Assembly (NCBI GenBank): GCA_045046875.1
Contig: JASFYY010000037.1
Coordinates: forward strand, 96,509 to 160,508
Source: Verrucomicrobiota bacterium
Lineage (GTDB): Bacteria > Verrucomicrobiota > Verrucomicrobiia > Verrucomicrobiales > DEV007
Length of the DNA: 64,000 nucleotides
Direction of reading: 5' to 3'
How positions within the stretch are numbered: position 1 is the first letter of the stretch; each line of letters begins with the position of its first letter. Position numbers and translations under genes: made by a program. This document shows positions 20,744 through 31,310 of this stretch, in pieces. Below the pieces are notes generated by a model. The model searched no databases, was not told where the DNA came from, and worked only from the letters and a program-made list of their open reading frames with translations.

Positions 20744-22114
20744 ATGATCGCCAGTCTCATCGTGCTGGCAGTTGCTCTGCCAGCTAGCGTTTATTTCATT
20801 TTCTCCAAGCGTCTGGCCCGGTCAAAAGACTGGGCAGCCACCGTTACCCCACTGGCCTCCATCATCGGTAGCGGCTTTTTAGTCTGCGCCCCACTTTTAG
20901 CTGATGACATAGGTTATTATGCTGTTTTTGGCATGGCGGCCCTCCTGCTATTGGCCTACGCAATCGGTTCAGCCTTGCGCTTTAATATTCGCCATACCGA
21001 AAAGCTATTAGAGCAGCCCCCCTCATCCAGTGCCCCCCCCCAAAGCATTCAAGCACAAAACCCACCTCAAAGGTCGGCAAAAGAATCAGCAAAAAAACCC
21101 TCGGAACACAGCCTCTTCATTGGCCACTCCTGGCGAGCGCTCCTGATTCCCCACCCTTTCTCCGATGGCTTACTTCGAAAGACAGAAACCCTTTCCCATG
21201 CGGTGCTCATCATCGCCTACCTGATCTCGGTCACCTACTACCTCCAATTGCTAGCAGTTTTTAGCCTCAGAGCTTTCACCCCAAACCCCGACGAAACTCT
21301 AACATCCATTATAACAACGGTTATCCTCACAAGTATCACTGCAATCGGTTTCACCAAAGGACTTGAAATGCTCGAACGAATCGAACATTACGTGGTCGGT
21401 TTGAAACTAGCTATGATCACCGCCTTGATTGCAGGTCTGCTCTGGCATAATGGCTGGTTAGCCTCCATTGGCGATTGGCATCTGCCCTCCATGCCCGAAG
21501 GTCACCCGCCCTGGCGAACCGCCCGGTTCCTGATGGGCATGCTGATTGTCGTTCAAGGTTTCGAAACCTCCCTCTTTCTCGGTTCGCGTCATTCCCCCGA
21601 GCAACGCATAAGAACCATGCGGCGCGCACAGATCATCTCTGCCATTATCTATATAGCCTTCCTGGCAAGCGCCACCGTTCTGTTTGACGCCATAGGCGGC
21701 TCCTCGTCATCTGAAGTCACCGCCGTGATCGATATGGCAAAAATCGTCTCCCCGGTTCTCCCTATATTATTAATCGTGATGTCGCTGAGCAGTCAGTTTT
21801 CTGCAGCAGTAGCAGACGATGCCGGTTGTGGCGGGCTCATCGAAACCATGAGCCGCAAAAAAATACCCTCACGTTACGCTTACCTTTTCATCGGAGTATT
21901 GACCATCGCCCTGACCTGGATCACCAACGTCACCGAAATTATCAGTTTGGCGTCACGTGCTTTTGCTGTTTTTTACGCCCTGCAATGCCTGGTGGCAACC
22001 ATTGCAGCCTATAAAGCCCCCGCAGTCACCTACCGCAAAGTCCGCATCGCCTTTTACCTCCTACTATCACTGATCTGCGCAACGGTTGCCCTATTGGGAA
22101 TTCCAGCAGAATAA
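20744..22114 (+). CDS. APC-superfamily membrane transporter
   Basis: About 12 TM segments; TPLASIIGSG (TM1) and VQGFE (TM6) motifs. Confidence 0.8.
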   Translation: MIASLIVLAVALPASVYFIFSKRLARSKDWAATVTPLASIIGSGFLVCAPLLADDIGYYAVFGMAALLLLAYAIGSALRFNIRHTEKLLEQPPSSSAPPQSIQAQNPPQRSAKESAKKPSEHSLFIGHSWRALLIPHPFSDGLLRKTETLSHAVLIIAYLISVTYYLQLLAVFSLRAFTPNPDETLTSIITTVILTSITAIGFTKGLEMLERIEHYVVGLKLAMITALIAGLLWHNGWLASIGDWHLPSMPEGHPPWRTARFLMGMLIVVQGFETSLFLGSRHSPEQRIRTMRRAQIISAIIYIAFLASATVLFDAIGGSSSSEVTAVIDMAKIVSPVLPILLIVMSLSSQFSAAVADDAGCGGLIETMSRKKIPSRYAYLFIGVLTIALTWITNVTEIISLASRAFAVFYALQCLVATIAAYKAPAVTYRKVRIAFYLLLSLICATVALLGIPAE

Positions 22115-22230
22115 AAACGCCTATCTTACTGACGTCATCGCGTATCCACAAAGCTTTCGTTTTTGTAACAATCTAAGCAAGCCGTGTCATAGTTTGACAG
22201 AACAACCAAGACCCTTTTTAGTCACAACGC

Positions 22231-25200
22231 ATGAAAAAATCCAATCCTCACCCCTTTCCCTCCATTGTTAAAATAGGTTTTGCCTTCAGTTTGTTATTTG
22301 CCTTTGCCTGCAACAGTCAAGCCGAGCTGAGTTTCAAAAAAGACGACCACATCGTTCTCATCGGCAATACCCTGCCCGACCGCTTTCAGCACGTCGGGTG
22401 GCTGGAAACGCTGCTGCAAGATGCGAACCCCGATCTACAACTCGTATTCCGCAACCAGGCCGTCTCCGGTGATACCGTGAGTAAAAGACCTCGCAGTAAA
22501 GGTTTCAAGCCTGTCGATGACTACCTCACTCACAGCAAAGCCGACATCATTTTCACTTTTTTTGGTTACAACGAATCTTTTGCTGGAGACAAAGGAATCG
22601 ATAAGTTCAAAAAAGACCTCGTCAGCATGGTGGGAAAATACCGTAAGCTGAAACCCAACGGTAAGTCTGCCCCCCGCATTGTTCTATTCAGCCCGATTGC
22701 CCACGAAAACCTCAACAACCCCAACCTGCCCGATGGAAAATCCAATAACGAGCGTTTGGCCAAATACACCGCAGCGATCAAAGAGGTAGCCGCACAACAG
22801 AAAACCGGTTTTGTCGATCTCTTTTCCAGCTCACAAACCCTTTATGGCGCAGCAAAAAAACCCCTCACCATCAACGGCATTCACCTCACTGAAGAAGGCA
22901 ACCGCCAACTCGCTGAAGTCATTGCCAAACAGCTCACTGGGAAAACGCTGGCCGCCACCGATAAACTCGAAGCCCTGCGCCAGGGAGTGATCGACAAAAA
23001 CTGGCACTGGTTCAACCGCTTCCGCGCCACCGACGGCAATGATGTCTGGGGCAGTCGCTCAACCCTTAAATTCTACAACGACCAAAGCAACGGTACCGTA
23101 CTGATGCACGAGCTCACCATGCTCGACGTCATGACCGCCAACCGTGACGTTCGAGTGCATGCCCTCTCCCGAGGCAGCGACATCGCCGTAGTGGACAGCA
23201 ATGTCCCCAAACCGGTTAAAGTGATTTCAAACATCGGCGGCGGCAGCAAAAGCTCCAATGCGATGAAAGAAGGTACCCTGAATTACCTCAGCGGTGAAGA
23301 AGGCGTCGCCAAACTCAAAGTGCCCAAAAATTTCAAAGTCAATCTGTTTGCCGATGAAAAAATGTTCCCTGAATTGGCCAATCCGGTGCAAATGCAAGTT
23401 GATGGCAAAGGCCGCCTGTGGGTTGCCGCTTGGAACACCTACCCCAAATGGGAACCGATGAAAAAAATGGATGACAGCATCCTCATTCTTAGCGACGAAG
23501 ACCACGACGGCGTTGCCGACAAAGTGACCACCTTCGCCAATGTCCACAACCCACTAGGTTTTGAATTCTGGAATGGGGGAATCCTGGTGACCCGCCAACC
23601 CGACATCCTTTTCTTGAAAGACACCGACGGTGATGACGTCGCCGATGTCAAAATCCGTTACCTCAACGGCATTGGCTCAGCCGACACCCATCACACTGCC
23701 AACAACCTGGTCATGGGACCTGATGGCGCCATCTACTGGCAAAGCGGTATCTTCATGCACAATAACATCGAGCACCCCTGGGGCCCCTCTCTCAGCACCG
23801 GATCCTCTGCGACTTATCGCTTTGATCCACGCCAATACACCATCAGTCACCACGCCACCAATAGCCCCAACCCGCATGGCACCTCCTTCGATTACTGGGG
23901 TTATCACTACGCCAATGACGGCACCGGCGGCCGTGCCTACCAAGTTCGCCCCGAGGGCAAAGGATTCAAAATGTTTCCTCTCTTGGACAAAGAAGTGCGT
24001 CCGGTCGCCGCCGACCAAATCATATCCAGTCAGAACTTTCCCGACGAAATGCAAGGCGACTTCCTGATCTGTAATACCATCGGATTCCTCGGCATCAAAC
24101 AATACAAACTCAATCTGGACGGTGGAGTCGAACGCAGCCGCACCGAAGGTAAGGGCGACAAAAAGAAAACGGTTAAATGGACAAGCAAACTCGGCGAAGC
24201 CTGGGGTGTTCCTTCCGGCAGCGAGTTGATCACCCACAGCATTGATCCCAAAACCGGAGAGAAAAAAGAAACCCGTAATATTGGTTTCCTGATCAGTGAA
24301 GACAAAAACTTCCGCCCCACCGACGCCGTCTTCGGCGAAGATGGAGCCCTTTACGTTTCTGACTGGCAAAATGTCATCATCGGACATATGCAGCACAATA
24401 TCCGCGACCCCAATCGCGATCACAAACACGGCCGTATTTACCGGGTCGTTAATCAAGACAAACCGCTGCAAAAGCCTGTCAAAATCGATGGGGCTTCACT
24501 GCCCGAGTTGATGACCAATCTTGAACATCCGGTTAACGGAGTCCGTCACCGCACCCGGGTTGAACTCAGCGAACGTCCCAGCAAGGATGTGATCGAGGCA
24601 TGCCAAAAATGGATGAAAAAGTTCGACCCGAAAAAGAAAGCAGACGCACATCACTTGCTTGAAGCTCTGTGGGTGCATCAGCAGCACAACGTGCGCAATA
24701 CCAAGCTTCTCGGACAAGTGCTGGTTTCACCCGAACCTCATGCCCGTGTCGCGGCGAACACCGTGCAGCACTACTGGTACAACGTAGATCTCACCAACAC
24801 CTCGGGCGAGAAATTCGAGACTCACAAAGAGAGCAAGCTGCCCAAAGGAATCATCTCCGACAGCGCTGACCTCACCGTGGTGCAAATCAATACCGTGGTG
24901 GAAAAAATGCGTTACGACGTAAAAGAGTTCACCGTAAAGTCGGGCAAAAAGATCAAACTGACCTTTACCAATCCTGACTTCATGCCGCACAACCTGATGA
25001 TCACCCTGCCAAAAAGCGCTGAAGAAGTGGCCTTGGCAGCAATGGCCATGGGCGCTGAAGGCTTCACCAAAGGCTTCCACCCCGATAGCCCGAAAATCCT
25101 CTGGGCAACCAAGATGCTCGATAATGGACAGGATGCCGTGTTAGAATTCACCGCCCCGGATAAACCCGGCGACTACGAGTTTGTCTGCACCTTCCCCGGT

Positions 25201-25242
25201 CACTACATGCTAATGCGCGGCATCATGAGGGTGGTGAAATAA
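22231..25242 (+). CDS. PVC-type secreted multidomain protein: SGNH-like + dehydrogenase-like beta-propeller + HEAT + cupredoxin
   Basis: Signal peptide; FFGYNES…NGIH (SGNH-like); FRPTD…DGALYVSDW…GRIYR propeller; C-terminal MPHN…[12 protein letters not shown] type-1 Cu site. Confidence 0.82.
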   Translation: MKKSNPHPFPSIVKIGFAFSLLFAFACNSQAELSFKKDDHIVLIGNTLPDRFQHVGWLETLLQDANPDLQLVFRNQAVSGDTVSKRPRSKGFKPVDDYLTHSKADIIFTFFGYNESFAGDKGIDKFKKDLVSMVGKYRKLKPNGKSAPRIVLFSPIAHENLNNPNLPDGKSNNERLAKYTAAIKEVAAQQKTGFVDLFSSSQTLYGAAKKPLTINGIHLTEEGNRQLAEVIAKQLTGKTLAATDKLEALRQGVIDKNWHWFNRFRATDGNDVWGSRSTLKFYNDQSNGTVLMHELTMLDVMTANRDVRVHALSRGSDIAVVDSNVPKPVKVISNIGGGSKSSNAMKEGTLNYLSGEEGVAKLKVPKNFKVNLFADEKMFPELANPVQMQVDGKGRLWVAAWNTYPKWEPMKKMDDSILILSDEDHDGVADKVTTFANVHNPLGFEFWNGGILVTRQPDILFLKDTDGDDVADVKIRYLNGIGSADTHHTANNLVMGPDGAIYWQSGIFMHNNIEHPWGPSLSTGSSATYRFDPRQYTISHHATNSPNPHGTSFDYWGYHYANDGTGGRAYQVRPEGKGFKMFPLLDKEVRPVAADQIISSQNFPDEMQGDFLICNTIGFLGIKQYKLNLDGGVERSRTEGKGDKKKTVKWTSKLGEAWGVPSGSELITHSIDPKTGEKKETRNIGFLISEDKNFRPTDAVFGEDGALYVSDWQNVIIGHMQHNIRDPNRDHKHGRIYRVVNQDKPLQKPVKIDGASLPELMTNLEHPVNGVRHRTRVELSERPSKDVIEACQKWMKKFDPKKKADAHHLLEALWVHQQHNVRNTKLLGQVLVSPEPHARVAANTVQHYWYNVDLTNTSGEKFETHKESKLPKGIISDSADLTVVQINTVVEKMRYDVKEFTVKSGKKIKLTFTNPDFMPHNLMITLPKSAEEVALAAMAMGAEGFTKGFHPDSPKILWATKMLDNGQDAVLEFTAPDKPGDYEFVCTFPGHYMLMRGIMRVVK

Positions 25243-25267
25243 TAATAAGGTTTGCTTCTTGATATTC

Positions 25268-25310
25268 AGAGGGACGTGGATTGACTGCAATCCACGTCCC
25301 TCTTTTTTTT
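25268..25310 (+). terminator. Intrinsic terminator
   Basis: Perfect 16-bp stem AGAGGGACGTGGATTG/CAATCCACGTCCCTCT, 4-nt loop, T tract. Confidence 0.9.
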
Positions 25311-25423
25311 CTTAAAGCCGAGCTTACCACTCCACCGCTCTCGGCCCAGAGAGCTCCATTCCGACAGCCTCGCTGAAAGCCTCTTGCAGCCCAAGCTGAC
25401 TGGCTTATGGTTCTTTCAACCCC

Positions 25424-26431
25424 ATGAAAAAATTACTCCCCCTCATTGTTTCTGTTTGGCTATTATCCTTAATAGGCTCCCCCGCAGCACCCCTCGTTTA
25501 TGAAGGCTCCACTGGTCCCGGCAAGGACAAACACATCGTTTTCATCGCCAACGACCACAACTACCGTTCGCAGGAATCCCTGACCGCTCTCGCCCGCATC
25601 CTCGCCAAACACCATGGCTTCAAATGCACGGTGCTCTTTGGAATAGATCCCAAAACCGGCATCATTCTACCTGGAGAGTCCAACATCCCGGCAATGGAGA
25701 ATCTGAAGACCGCCGACCTGCTAGTGCTTTTTGCCCGATTTCAAAACCTGCCCCAAGCTCAGATGCAGCACTTTGTGGACTACTTGGATCGCGCAGGCCC
25801 CATCGTCGCACTACGAACATCCACTCATGCATTCAAAATCCCCCAGGATGCCCCCTTTGCCAAATACTCATACGACTATCCAAAAAAGGATTACCTTGGA
25901 GGTTTTGGGCGTCAGGTTTTAGGAGAAACTTGGAACGGCCACCATGGAAAAAACAATCAACAAAGCACCCGACTTCCCCTCATAGAAGAAAAATCCAACC
26001 ATCCTATACTCCGTGGGGTCAAAGACATGTGGGTGCCGTCAGGGGGATATTTCACCGCCCCCACCGAGGACTGCAAAATCCTAGCCATGGCACAGCCCCT
26101 GAATGGCATGCAAGCCGATTCCAAAGTGGCGAGTGAACTGAAAGCCGCACCGGGCGCTTGGACCCGAACTTATCAAGGCAAAAATAAAACACACGGACGC
26201 ACTTTTACCAGCACCTACGGTGCCTCCGATGATATTCTGAACGAGGGCTACCGCCGCATGCTGATCAACGCCTGCTTCTGGGCCGCCGGCTTGGAAGAAA
26301 AAATTCAAGCCAAAGCCGACATCAGCTTAGTAGGCCCCTATCACCCCACCTGGCTCAACGCAGCCGATCCTCACTTCGCAAAACCGGAAACTCTCAGCAG
26401 TTGGGACAGCCCTATTGGATCGTTGAAATAA
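25424..26431 (+). CDS. ThuA-like (class I glutamine amidotransferase-like fold) secreted protein
   Basis: Signal peptide; LRTSTHAF, HPILRGV, AWTR, RRMLINACFWA. Confidence 0.78.
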   Translation: MKKLLPLIVSVWLLSLIGSPAAPLVYEGSTGPGKDKHIVFIANDHNYRSQESLTALARILAKHHGFKCTVLFGIDPKTGIILPGESNIPAMENLKTADLLVLFARFQNLPQAQMQHFVDYLDRAGPIVALRTSTHAFKIPQDAPFAKYSYDYPKKDYLGGFGRQVLGETWNGHHGKNNQQSTRLPLIEEKSNHPILRGVKDMWVPSGGYFTAPTEDCKILAMAQPLNGMQADSKVASELKAAPGAWTRTYQGKNKTHGRTFTSTYGASDDILNEGYRRMLINACFWAAGLEEKIQAKADISLVGPYHPTWLNAADPHFAKPETLSSWDSPIGSLK

Positions 26432-26440
26432 CAAAAAAAC

Positions 26441-27088
26441 TCACTCCACTCTTCCCTGCACCAACTTCCCGTCCTCAAGAAAAAACTCCTTATCGGCAAT
26501 CAAGTCGGCCTCCCGCCGACTATGGGTGATATGCAATGCGGTGATCCCATGCTCCTTCACCACCGAACGGATCAACTCAACCATGCCTTCATGAGTCTCT
26601 TCATCAAGAGCGCTCAGCGGTTCATCGAGACAAATAATCTTCGGCCGCACCGCCAGGGCCCGGCCCAAAGCCACCCGTTGACGTTCGCCTCCACTCAGGC
26701 CAAAAGGCTTGCGCTCTAAAATATCTTCGATCCCCAATTCTTCAGCCAGTTCCGGCACTCGTTGCTCGATTTCCTTTTTTCCCCAGCCCTGAACCTTTGG
26801 ACCAAAAGCCAATTGTTGGCGCACCGTCATCGTCGCAAACAAAGCCCCATCCTGCGGCACAAAACCAATGCCACGCTCCCCCGCCCGCAGCCGGGTCACA
26901 TCCCGGCCCATCAAAGTGATTCGACCGCTCACCACTTCTTTCAAACCACAGATAGCTTCCAATATCGTCGTTTTGCCACATCCGGTTTTCCCCATCAACA
27001 CCCCGTGCTCCCCCGTAGGCACTTCAAAAGAAATGCCATCGATGCAAAAGTCCCCCGCTCTGACGGAAAGCTGTTCAACTGAAATCAT
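26441..27088 (-). CDS. ABC transporter ATPase, ModC/CysA-like (no C-terminal TOBE domain)
   Basis: GKTGCGKT, LSGGERQR, LDEP, ITH. Confidence 0.88.
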   Translation of the reverse strand: MISVEQLSVRAGDFCIDGISFEVPTGEHGVLMGKTGCGKTTILEAICGLKEVVSGRITLMGRDVTRLRAGERGIGFVPQDGALFATMTVRQQLAFGPKVQGWGKKEIEQRVPELAEELGIEDILERKPFGLSGGERQRVALGRALAVRPKIICLDEPLSALDEETHEGMVELIRSVVKEHGITALHITHSRREADLIADKEFFLEDGKLVQGRVE

Positions 27089-27091
27089 TTT

Positions 27092-27988
27092 TTATAATAC
27101 AAATTTTTTCCTGCTCTCCCGGCCCCACATTCTGACCGCAATCAATACCACCACCGCGATCGACACCATCATCAGCGATACAATCACCGCACCTTCCAAG
27201 TTACCAATACTGATCTCCAGGAATACTGAAGAAGACAACACTTCGGTGCGCCCTCGTATGGTTCCCGCAAAAACCAGAATCGGACCAAACTCTCCCATCG
27301 CCCGGGTCCAAGCCAATGTACCTGCCGTTGAAACCCCCCGCCAAGCTTCCGGCACCACCACCCGAATAAAAGCCTGCGCCCGGTTGCAGCCCAAAGTCAA
27401 CGCCACCTGCTCGGCACGCGGACTGATCTGATCAAAGGTATTGCGCATCGTGCGAACCGCAAAAGCTGCCGCCACGGTAAACTGGGCAAGAATCACCGCA
27501 GGCACCTTATAAGTGATACCGGCATCCATGCCTTCCGGCATGAAGGGACCAAAAATCTTGCCGAACATTTCTTCAAAACTCGGCCCGTCTATTCCCAGCC
27601 ATTCCCATGGCGGCATCTTGTTGAACAAAATCAGCAAACTCAAACCCACCACCAAGGGCGGCAACACAATCGGAATATCCAGCACCGCATCAATCAGAGC
27701 CTTGCCACGGAAATCATAACGCGACAGCAAATAGCCAATCGGCAAAGCCACCATAACCGACAACAGCGCGGTCACCGTGCAGGTGAACAAAGTCAACTTC
27801 ACCGAACTCTGAATATACTCATCTGCTAGAATCGCTTTAAATTCCTCCCAGCCCACATTGCTCACCGAATAAAACACATCCGCCATCAGCATCCCGCCGA
27901 TCAACAGCAGATACATCACGGCAATGCCGATCATTGCCGCAAAAAACGGAACATCCGAGCGGACTTTAACTGGTGAGTGATCCGCCAC
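27092..27988 (-). CDS. Molybdate/tungstate-type ABC permease (ModB-like)
   Basis: DIPIVLPPLVVG, EAA loop, RAMGEFG. Confidence 0.88.
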   Translation of the reverse strand: MADHSPVKVRSDVPFFAAMIGIAVMYLLLIGGMLMADVFYSVSNVGWEEFKAILADEYIQSSVKLTLFTCTVTALLSVMVALPIGYLLSRYDFRGKALIDAVLDIPIVLPPLVVGLSLLILFNKMPPWEWLGIDGPSFEEMFGKIFGPFMPEGMDAGITYKVPAVILAQFTVAAAFAVRTMRNTFDQISPRAEQVALTLGCNRAQAFIRVVVPEAWRGVSTAGTLAWTRAMGEFGPILVFAGTIRGRTEVLSSSVFLEISIGNLEGAVIVSLMMVSIAVVVLIAVRMWGRESRKKFVL

Positions 27989-27991
27989 AGT

Positions 27992-29524
27992 TTATTGCTC
28001 TTTTTTGCCCTCTTCTTCTTTCCCCAGTTCCCAGCGAAAACCATGTTTCATGAATTTCTTCTTACCCTGAACCGACACCGCTGCGGTGAAAAAGCGATCG
28101 AGCAAATAGCGGTGTTTTGAATTTTTAGCCACCGCATACGGTTGATGGGCAATCGCATTGGGACGATCAATACCCACAATTTCATAATCATCCACCGTCG
28201 ATTGACTGGCCATTGCGTTGCTCTTATAAACAATCACCGCATCCAAGGAGCCCGTCTTAACCTGATTGACCAAAAAATCCCCGGTGGGCGAATCCATTTT
28301 GATATTGCCCGAATCCACCACCTTTTGATACAAACCCTCTTCTTCCAACAGATACTTGGTCAGGAAACCCAAGGCCGATTTCTGCGGATGGGCAAAACCC
28401 AAACGAATCCCTTCTTTTGATAAATCCGTCAGTTTGAGAATCCCTTTAGGATTGCCCTTTTCGGTAAGAATCACCATCTCATTAGCTGAAACCAAAGTGG
28501 ATTCTAGAAAACGGTCTGCCACCATTTGCATAAACTTTACGTCGCAGGAAAAATAAGCGTCGGGTTTTTCTCCGGCTTTCATTTGCGAGACCAATACCCC
28601 ACAACCATTGAACACCGGCGTGATCGTCACCCCTTCACGTTTCTCAAAGGATTTGATAGTATCCTGAATCGCCGGACGCAACATCGCACCGCTGAACAAT
28701 AAAATATCAGGCTTCAGCGCCCACTCGTCCCCATCAACCACGTCATATCCTTCTTTCTTGAATACCGGCAAACCCTTGTCTTTGGCGCTCAAATAACGAC
28801 AGAACCTCAAAGCCTCCGTCGGTTGCTTGGAAGCCGTCAAAACCCCAATTGTGATATTTTTCCTCTCAACATCAAACTCCGGCAGATTGACAAAATCAAT
28901 TTCATCATACTGGTGAGTCAACGCGTCCCAGCAAATCACCACATCCACCGTGCCCAGTTTCAAGGCATTCGCCAATTCGTTCACTGTCGGCAACAAAACC
29001 GTTGGTTTTACATCTTTCCAAATACCATGTTTACTAAGAACCTTTTTGGTGAACTTGCCCACCGACGCCGCATCCGGGTTGGCAATGCCTATTTTTAAAT
29101 CTTTACGCGTCAAATCCGCCAGTTTGCTCAATCCTTTGGGATTACCCTTGGGCACTCCGAAACCCGCGCGCATGAAAGCCACCGGCATGGTTTCTTCCAG
29201 CAATTTTTTACCCTTGGCGATATCCGTGTAACTCGAATCGGCTGCCAGGTAAATATCGCCCGGCGCGATCTCCAAACTGCTCAACAAGGTTCCCGAACCG
29301 CCATATTGCAGTTGCACTTTCACCCCGTATTCTTCTTCATATTTTTTTGCTACCTCGACCACTGGAGCCTTTATCCCCGCTGCGCAAAACATCACCAGGG
29401 TCTTGTCCTTGCCACCTCCGCCACCACAAGCCACTAGCAAAAAAACGGACAACAAAACCACCGCAGCCTGGGTAAAGGGTTGCAGCAAATACAAAAAAGA
29501 ATTCTTAATTAAATGCATCATCAC
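27992..29524 (-). CDS. ModA-like substrate-binding lipoprotein with two tandem SBP modules
   Basis: Lipobox LVAC; duplicated motifs (KGNPKGL / KGNPKGI, YGGSG / FNGCG, DIYLAAD / DAYFSCD). Confidence 0.85.
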   Translation of the reverse strand: MMMHLIKNSFLYLLQPFTQAAVVLLSVFLLVACGGGGGKDKTLVMFCAAGIKAPVVEVAKKYEEEYGVKVQLQYGGSGTLLSSLEIAPGDIYLAADSSYTDIAKGKKLLEETMPVAFMRAGFGVPKGNPKGLSKLADLTRKDLKIGIANPDAASVGKFTKKVLSKHGIWKDVKPTVLLPTVNELANALKLGTVDVVICWDALTHQYDEIDFVNLPEFDVERKNITIGVLTASKQPTEALRFCRYLSAKDKGLPVFKKEGYDVVDGDEWALKPDILLFSGAMLRPAIQDTIKSFEKREGVTITPVFNGCGVLVSQMKAGEKPDAYFSCDVKFMQMVADRFLESTLVSANEMVILTEKGNPKGILKLTDLSKEGIRLGFAHPQKSALGFLTKYLLEEEGLYQKVVDSGNIKMDSPTGDFLVNQVKTGSLDAVIVYKSNAMASQSTVDDYEIVGIDRPNAIAHQPYAVAKNSKHRYLLDRFFTAAVSVQGKKKFMKHGFRWELGKEEEGKKEQ

Positions 29525-30276
29525 AATTTTTTACAAATTTCACAATCAGGGTTTCGCGCGATTTTCACCTTTTGCAGTTTCATCGTCAAAGTATCAAAAT
29601 AAATCAAGCGGTTCAAGTTTACCCCTGACAAGCCCGCAATCAACTTAATCCCTTCCATCGCACCAATGTTGGCGATCAAGGCCGACACCGCACCGATCAC
29701 CGGAAAACGACGTTTCCAATGAGCAGGCACTTCCGGATACAGACAAGCCAGGCAAGCGGTTTCACCTGGCACAATGGGAATCACTTGCCCCTCCATATTG
29801 AACATCGCACAATCAATCAGCGGCTTCTGCTGCAACACACACTCCCGATTCATCAAAAAACGCTCTTCGAATAAAGGCGCTGCATCAAAAACGATGTCCG
29901 CCCGCTCTACCAAATCCACTGCATTGTCCTCGGTAAAATTTTCCGCCACCGTTTCAATTTCAATATGGGGATTAAATTGACGCAGGGTCTCAGCCGCTGC
30001 ATCCACCCGGTTTTTACCCAAATAATCATGCCGCATCAATATCTGACGATTCAAATCATCCGGACGTAAATGACCGCCATGCACCAAAATCAATTTTCCA
30101 ATGCCTGCCGCCGCCAGAGACAAGGCCAATGGCCCACCCAGACCTCCTATTCTAGAAACCAGCGCCGTGCTGTTTCGCAATTTCACCTGCCCTTGTTCTC
30201 CCAAGCCAGGCACATTCAATTGCCATTCATAAATCGCCCGATCACGATCCGATAATTCATTCTCAATTTCTTCCAT
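29521..30276 (-). CDS. HesA/MoeB/ThiF family E1-like adenylyltransferase
   Basis: IGGLG, DLNRQ, CLAC and C-terminal CEIC zinc motifs. Confidence 0.9.
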   Translation of the reverse strand: MEEIENELSDRDRAIYEWQLNVPGLGEQGQVKLRNSTALVSRIGGLGGPLALSLAAAGIGKLILVHGGHLRPDDLNRQILMRHDYLGKNRVDAAAETLRQFNPHIEIETVAENFTEDNAVDLVERADIVFDAAPLFEERFLMNRECVLQQKPLIDCAMFNMEGQVIPIVPGETACLACLYPEVPAHWKRRFPVIGAVSALIANIGAMEGIKLIAGLSGVNLNRLIYFDTLTMKLQKVKIARNPDCEICKKL

Positions 30277-30306
30277 TGTTCTCGAATGACTCAGAATTTC
30301 TAATTC

Positions 30307-30588
30307 TTAACCTCCTGCGATCGGTGTCATCAGCATCAACACCTTCACTCCCTCCAGAGACAAATTTCCTTTATCCCCCGCCGCCTGTTCACCATCCAAG
30401 ACCACCAGCAAAGTCGATCGAATACGCCCCTCCCCATCAAAAACCAGTTCACCAAATTTTTCACCATACACCTCCAGGCGTCCCTTTAACACATCCGCCA
30501 CAGAATCCCCTTCAGCGACCTCAACCGCCTCCTCCGATGCTCCCACCACCGAGGCCAACTGGCCTGTGTAATCGATGGTTAAAGTCAT
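30307..30588 (-). CDS. MoaD/ThiS ubiquitin-like sulfur carrier
   Basis: 93 aa ending in PIAGG. Confidence 0.9.
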   Translation of the reverse strand: MTLTIDYTGQLASVVGASEEAVEVAEGDSVADVLKGRLEVYGEKFGELVFDGEGRIRSTLLVVLDGEQAAGDKGNLSLEGVKVLMLMTPIAGG

Positions 30589-31310
30589 CCTTCCTGCCCC
30601 TCCTTTTTCTCACCTTGTTGATCTGAAGAAATCATTTTACCTCCATCCAAATGCATCGCCGATTTCGCCGCGGCCTTGGCTCGGTCATCATGAGTCACCA
30701 TGATCACCGCTCCACCGTCATCAGCAAAGTCCGCCAAATGTTGCAGTATGATTTCCGAATTTTCCGGGTCGAGATTTCCTGTCGGTTCATCAGCCAATAC
30801 CAACTCTGGAGAATGTAATAATGCTCGGGCCAAGGCCACCCGTTGCTGTTCGCCGATACTCAATTTGGACGGCACATGATGCAGCCGGTGACCGATATTA
30901 AATTTCTCTAACAATTCGCGGGCTCGATCCCCGTTTGATTCACCGCCGGACGATCTGTTCGCCAGATCTCCTATCAATACATTATCCAACACATTGAGGT
31001 AGGGGATCAAATGAAACTGCTGGAAAACAAAACCCACGTGTTCGGCACGAAAAGCAGCCTGCCCCTCAGCTTTTAATTCATAAGGGTTTTTCCCCGCGAT
31101 TTCGATCACCCCCTCATCCGGAGATAACAAAGCTCCCGTCATCAATAACAAAGTCGATTTTCCGCAGCCACTCGGCCCATGCAAAGCGACAAAATCTCCC
31201 GCACAAATCTCAAAAGAAACGTCATTGACCGCATGTACCTCCTCCTCGGTGGTCACAAACCTTTTATGCAAGCCTTCTGCTTTTACGGCTATTGGTTGAT
31301 TATCAGTCAT
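30585..31310 (-). CDS. ABC ATPase, LolD/MacB-type
   Basis: GPSGCGKSTLL, VGFVFQQFHL, LSIGEQQR, ADEPTGNLD, VTHD. Confidence 0.92.
   Translation of the reverse strand: MTDNQPIAVKAEGLHKRFVTTEEEVHAVNDVSFEICAGDFVALHGPSGCGKSTLLLMTGALLSPDEGVIEIAGKNPYELKAEGQAAFRAEHVGFVFQQFHLIPYLNVLDNVLIGDLANRSSGGESNGDRARELLEKFNIGHRLHHVPSKLSIGEQQRVALARALLHSPELVLADEPTGNLDPENSEIILQHLADFADDGGAVIMVTHDDRAKAAAKSAMHLDGGKMISSDQQGEKKEGQEG

Noticed and set aside
26441..30588. Complete molybdenum cofactor or thiamine biosynthesis operon
   Set aside because: No moaA/moaC/moaE/moeA or thiG in the window, so gene symbols were withheld
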